NCBI GenBank assembly: GCA_051362555.1
Contig: JBPQGU010000016.1
Span: 4,030,001-4,094,000, forward strand
DNA: 64,000 nt
Source of the DNA: Lingula anatina
Taxonomy: Eukaryota; Animalia; Brachiopoda
Direction: 5' to 3'
The notes below the pieces were generated by a model that worked only from the letters and a program-made list of their open reading frames with translations, did no database searches and was not told the DNA's origin. This document shows, piece after piece, positions 62,816 to 64,000 of this stretch (within the stretch, counting starts at the first letter, position 1; each line of letters starts with the position of its first letter). The translations under genes were made by a program, and so were the position numbers.

Positions 62816-64000
62816 TTTTGCTATTTCCACTTGAGGGTGCTTACGCAAATTTGGCAGATTTCCCAAGTTTTGGGTTAAAAGCACAATGTTGTTATTTTGG
62901 GTCTTTATGAGGTAATGTGATTTTGTCAGCATATTAGTTAAATGAACAACTTTGTCTGGATGCCCCACTCCTGCCTCAAATGAGATTTTAAAAGCAAACA
63001 TCAATATCTATAAAGACAGGTTTTAATGCTTATTTTGAACACATTTCACATAAATCACATTTCACATGATGATCTTGGCTGATTTTGTCAAAGTTAAAGA
63101 AACCCCATTTTGAACACTGATGACAATTTAAGTAAAACCATGTTACTCATGGATCTCAATCTTACAGAAAAGGTAAATTGGACTGAAATACAGCTTGAGT
63201 TAGAAAACTGAACTGATTGCATTCTTTTTCTGAGAGTTATTTATTTATTTAATTATCATCATTATTATTATTTATTATTATTATTATTTTCAAAATATTT
63301 TTTTCACATATTAGCATTTTCTTCGTGAGACTTGGAACTCCCACGGGATGAAATTCCAGCTCCCACTCTCAAGCCCCTGGGGAGCTTTTTGAAATAATAT
63401 AAAGATGAAATTTGGGTCTTTTTAAAATAATTAAAATAATGATGTCAGGAAGGTGTGTTTTGTTTTTTCTAGCCATCCACAGGTAAATTGTTTGTTTTTT
63501 TAATATTTCTTGTGAATTAAAAAAATATTTTTCCATCCCCCTCCCCAACCTCAAACCCCTGAGGACCTTTTTGAAGTACTATAAAGATGCAATTTGGGGA
63601 TTTAATGATGAGATGTTGATATGTTTAGACAATTATTGTGAATGATCCCTTTCCGTCTCAGCACTGATACTCCTCCACACCATTACTCCCTCGCACCGAT
63701 AGGCCTATACTACCCCTTACACTCCATCGACCTCACCCGCATCTTAAAGCTCCTGCCACGATACTCTCTCACAGCCTTTGCAATTGGTTAAAACTGCTAC
63801 CAACAAAACACAATGATTGATCTAAAAACTCTCGAAATACTATTTTTCCGAAAGTGCACCACCCTCTTGGGACCCAAAAGTGACACATTTCAGTAGAAAT
63901 ATTGTGGAAAAATAAGGGAATTACTAAAGTTGGTCTGCTTAGTAACAAAGTACATAGTCGATCTAATATGTATGCAGCTCGGCTTTGTGATTATTAAGAA
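61681..64000. repeat. Array right flank, copy 2 (homologous to 20598-22624; runs off the window edge)
   Basis: Colinear with copy 1 apart from a 334-bp insertion, a 54-bp deletion at ~62729 and scattered SNPs and microsatellite changes. Confidence 0.97.
61743..62076. mobile_element. 334-bp foldback-type non-autonomous element with IS3EU-like ends (TATGG...CCATA, 6-bp TSD)
   Basis: TIRs tatggaagcgtgtaagggtcacaacaccaaca / tgttggtgttgtgacccttacacgcttccata. TSD gccttt at 61737-61742 and 62077-62082. The empty site tgatgcctttcctata is at ~20651. The interior consists of 27-bp repeats. Confidence 0.88.

Overview
Eukaryotic, AT-rich, repeat-dominated window. The repeat types suggest a marine invertebrate such as a bivalve (inference only). 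No intact protein-coding gene is visible. Layout: (1) 1-20597, a head-to-tail satellite array of about 56 near-identical ~363-bp monomers; (2) 20598-40160, a ~19.5-kb spacer of decayed mobile elements, including two convergent DIRS/Ngaro-type tyrosine-recombinase retrotransposon remnants, a spliced Kolobok-type transposase fragment, a 2.9-kb TIR element with a 9-bp TSD, several CAGGGGCGGATCC MITEs with 5-bp TSDs and a 34-bp minisatellite; (3) 40161-61680, a second array of about 59 monomers of the same satellite; (4) 61681-64000, a diverged second copy of the flank that follows array 1, carrying a copy-specific 334-bp foldback insertion with IS3EU-like ends. The window therefore looks like about 1.5 turns of a ~41-kb 'satellite array + spacer' macro-unit. 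Both arrays run from a C-type to a G-type monomer and end in shared degenerate monomers; array 2 also has a sharp left edge (array 1's start is outside the window). The hundreds of 60-70 aa ORFs in the track are artefacts of the satellite. All identities and counts were estimated by eye.
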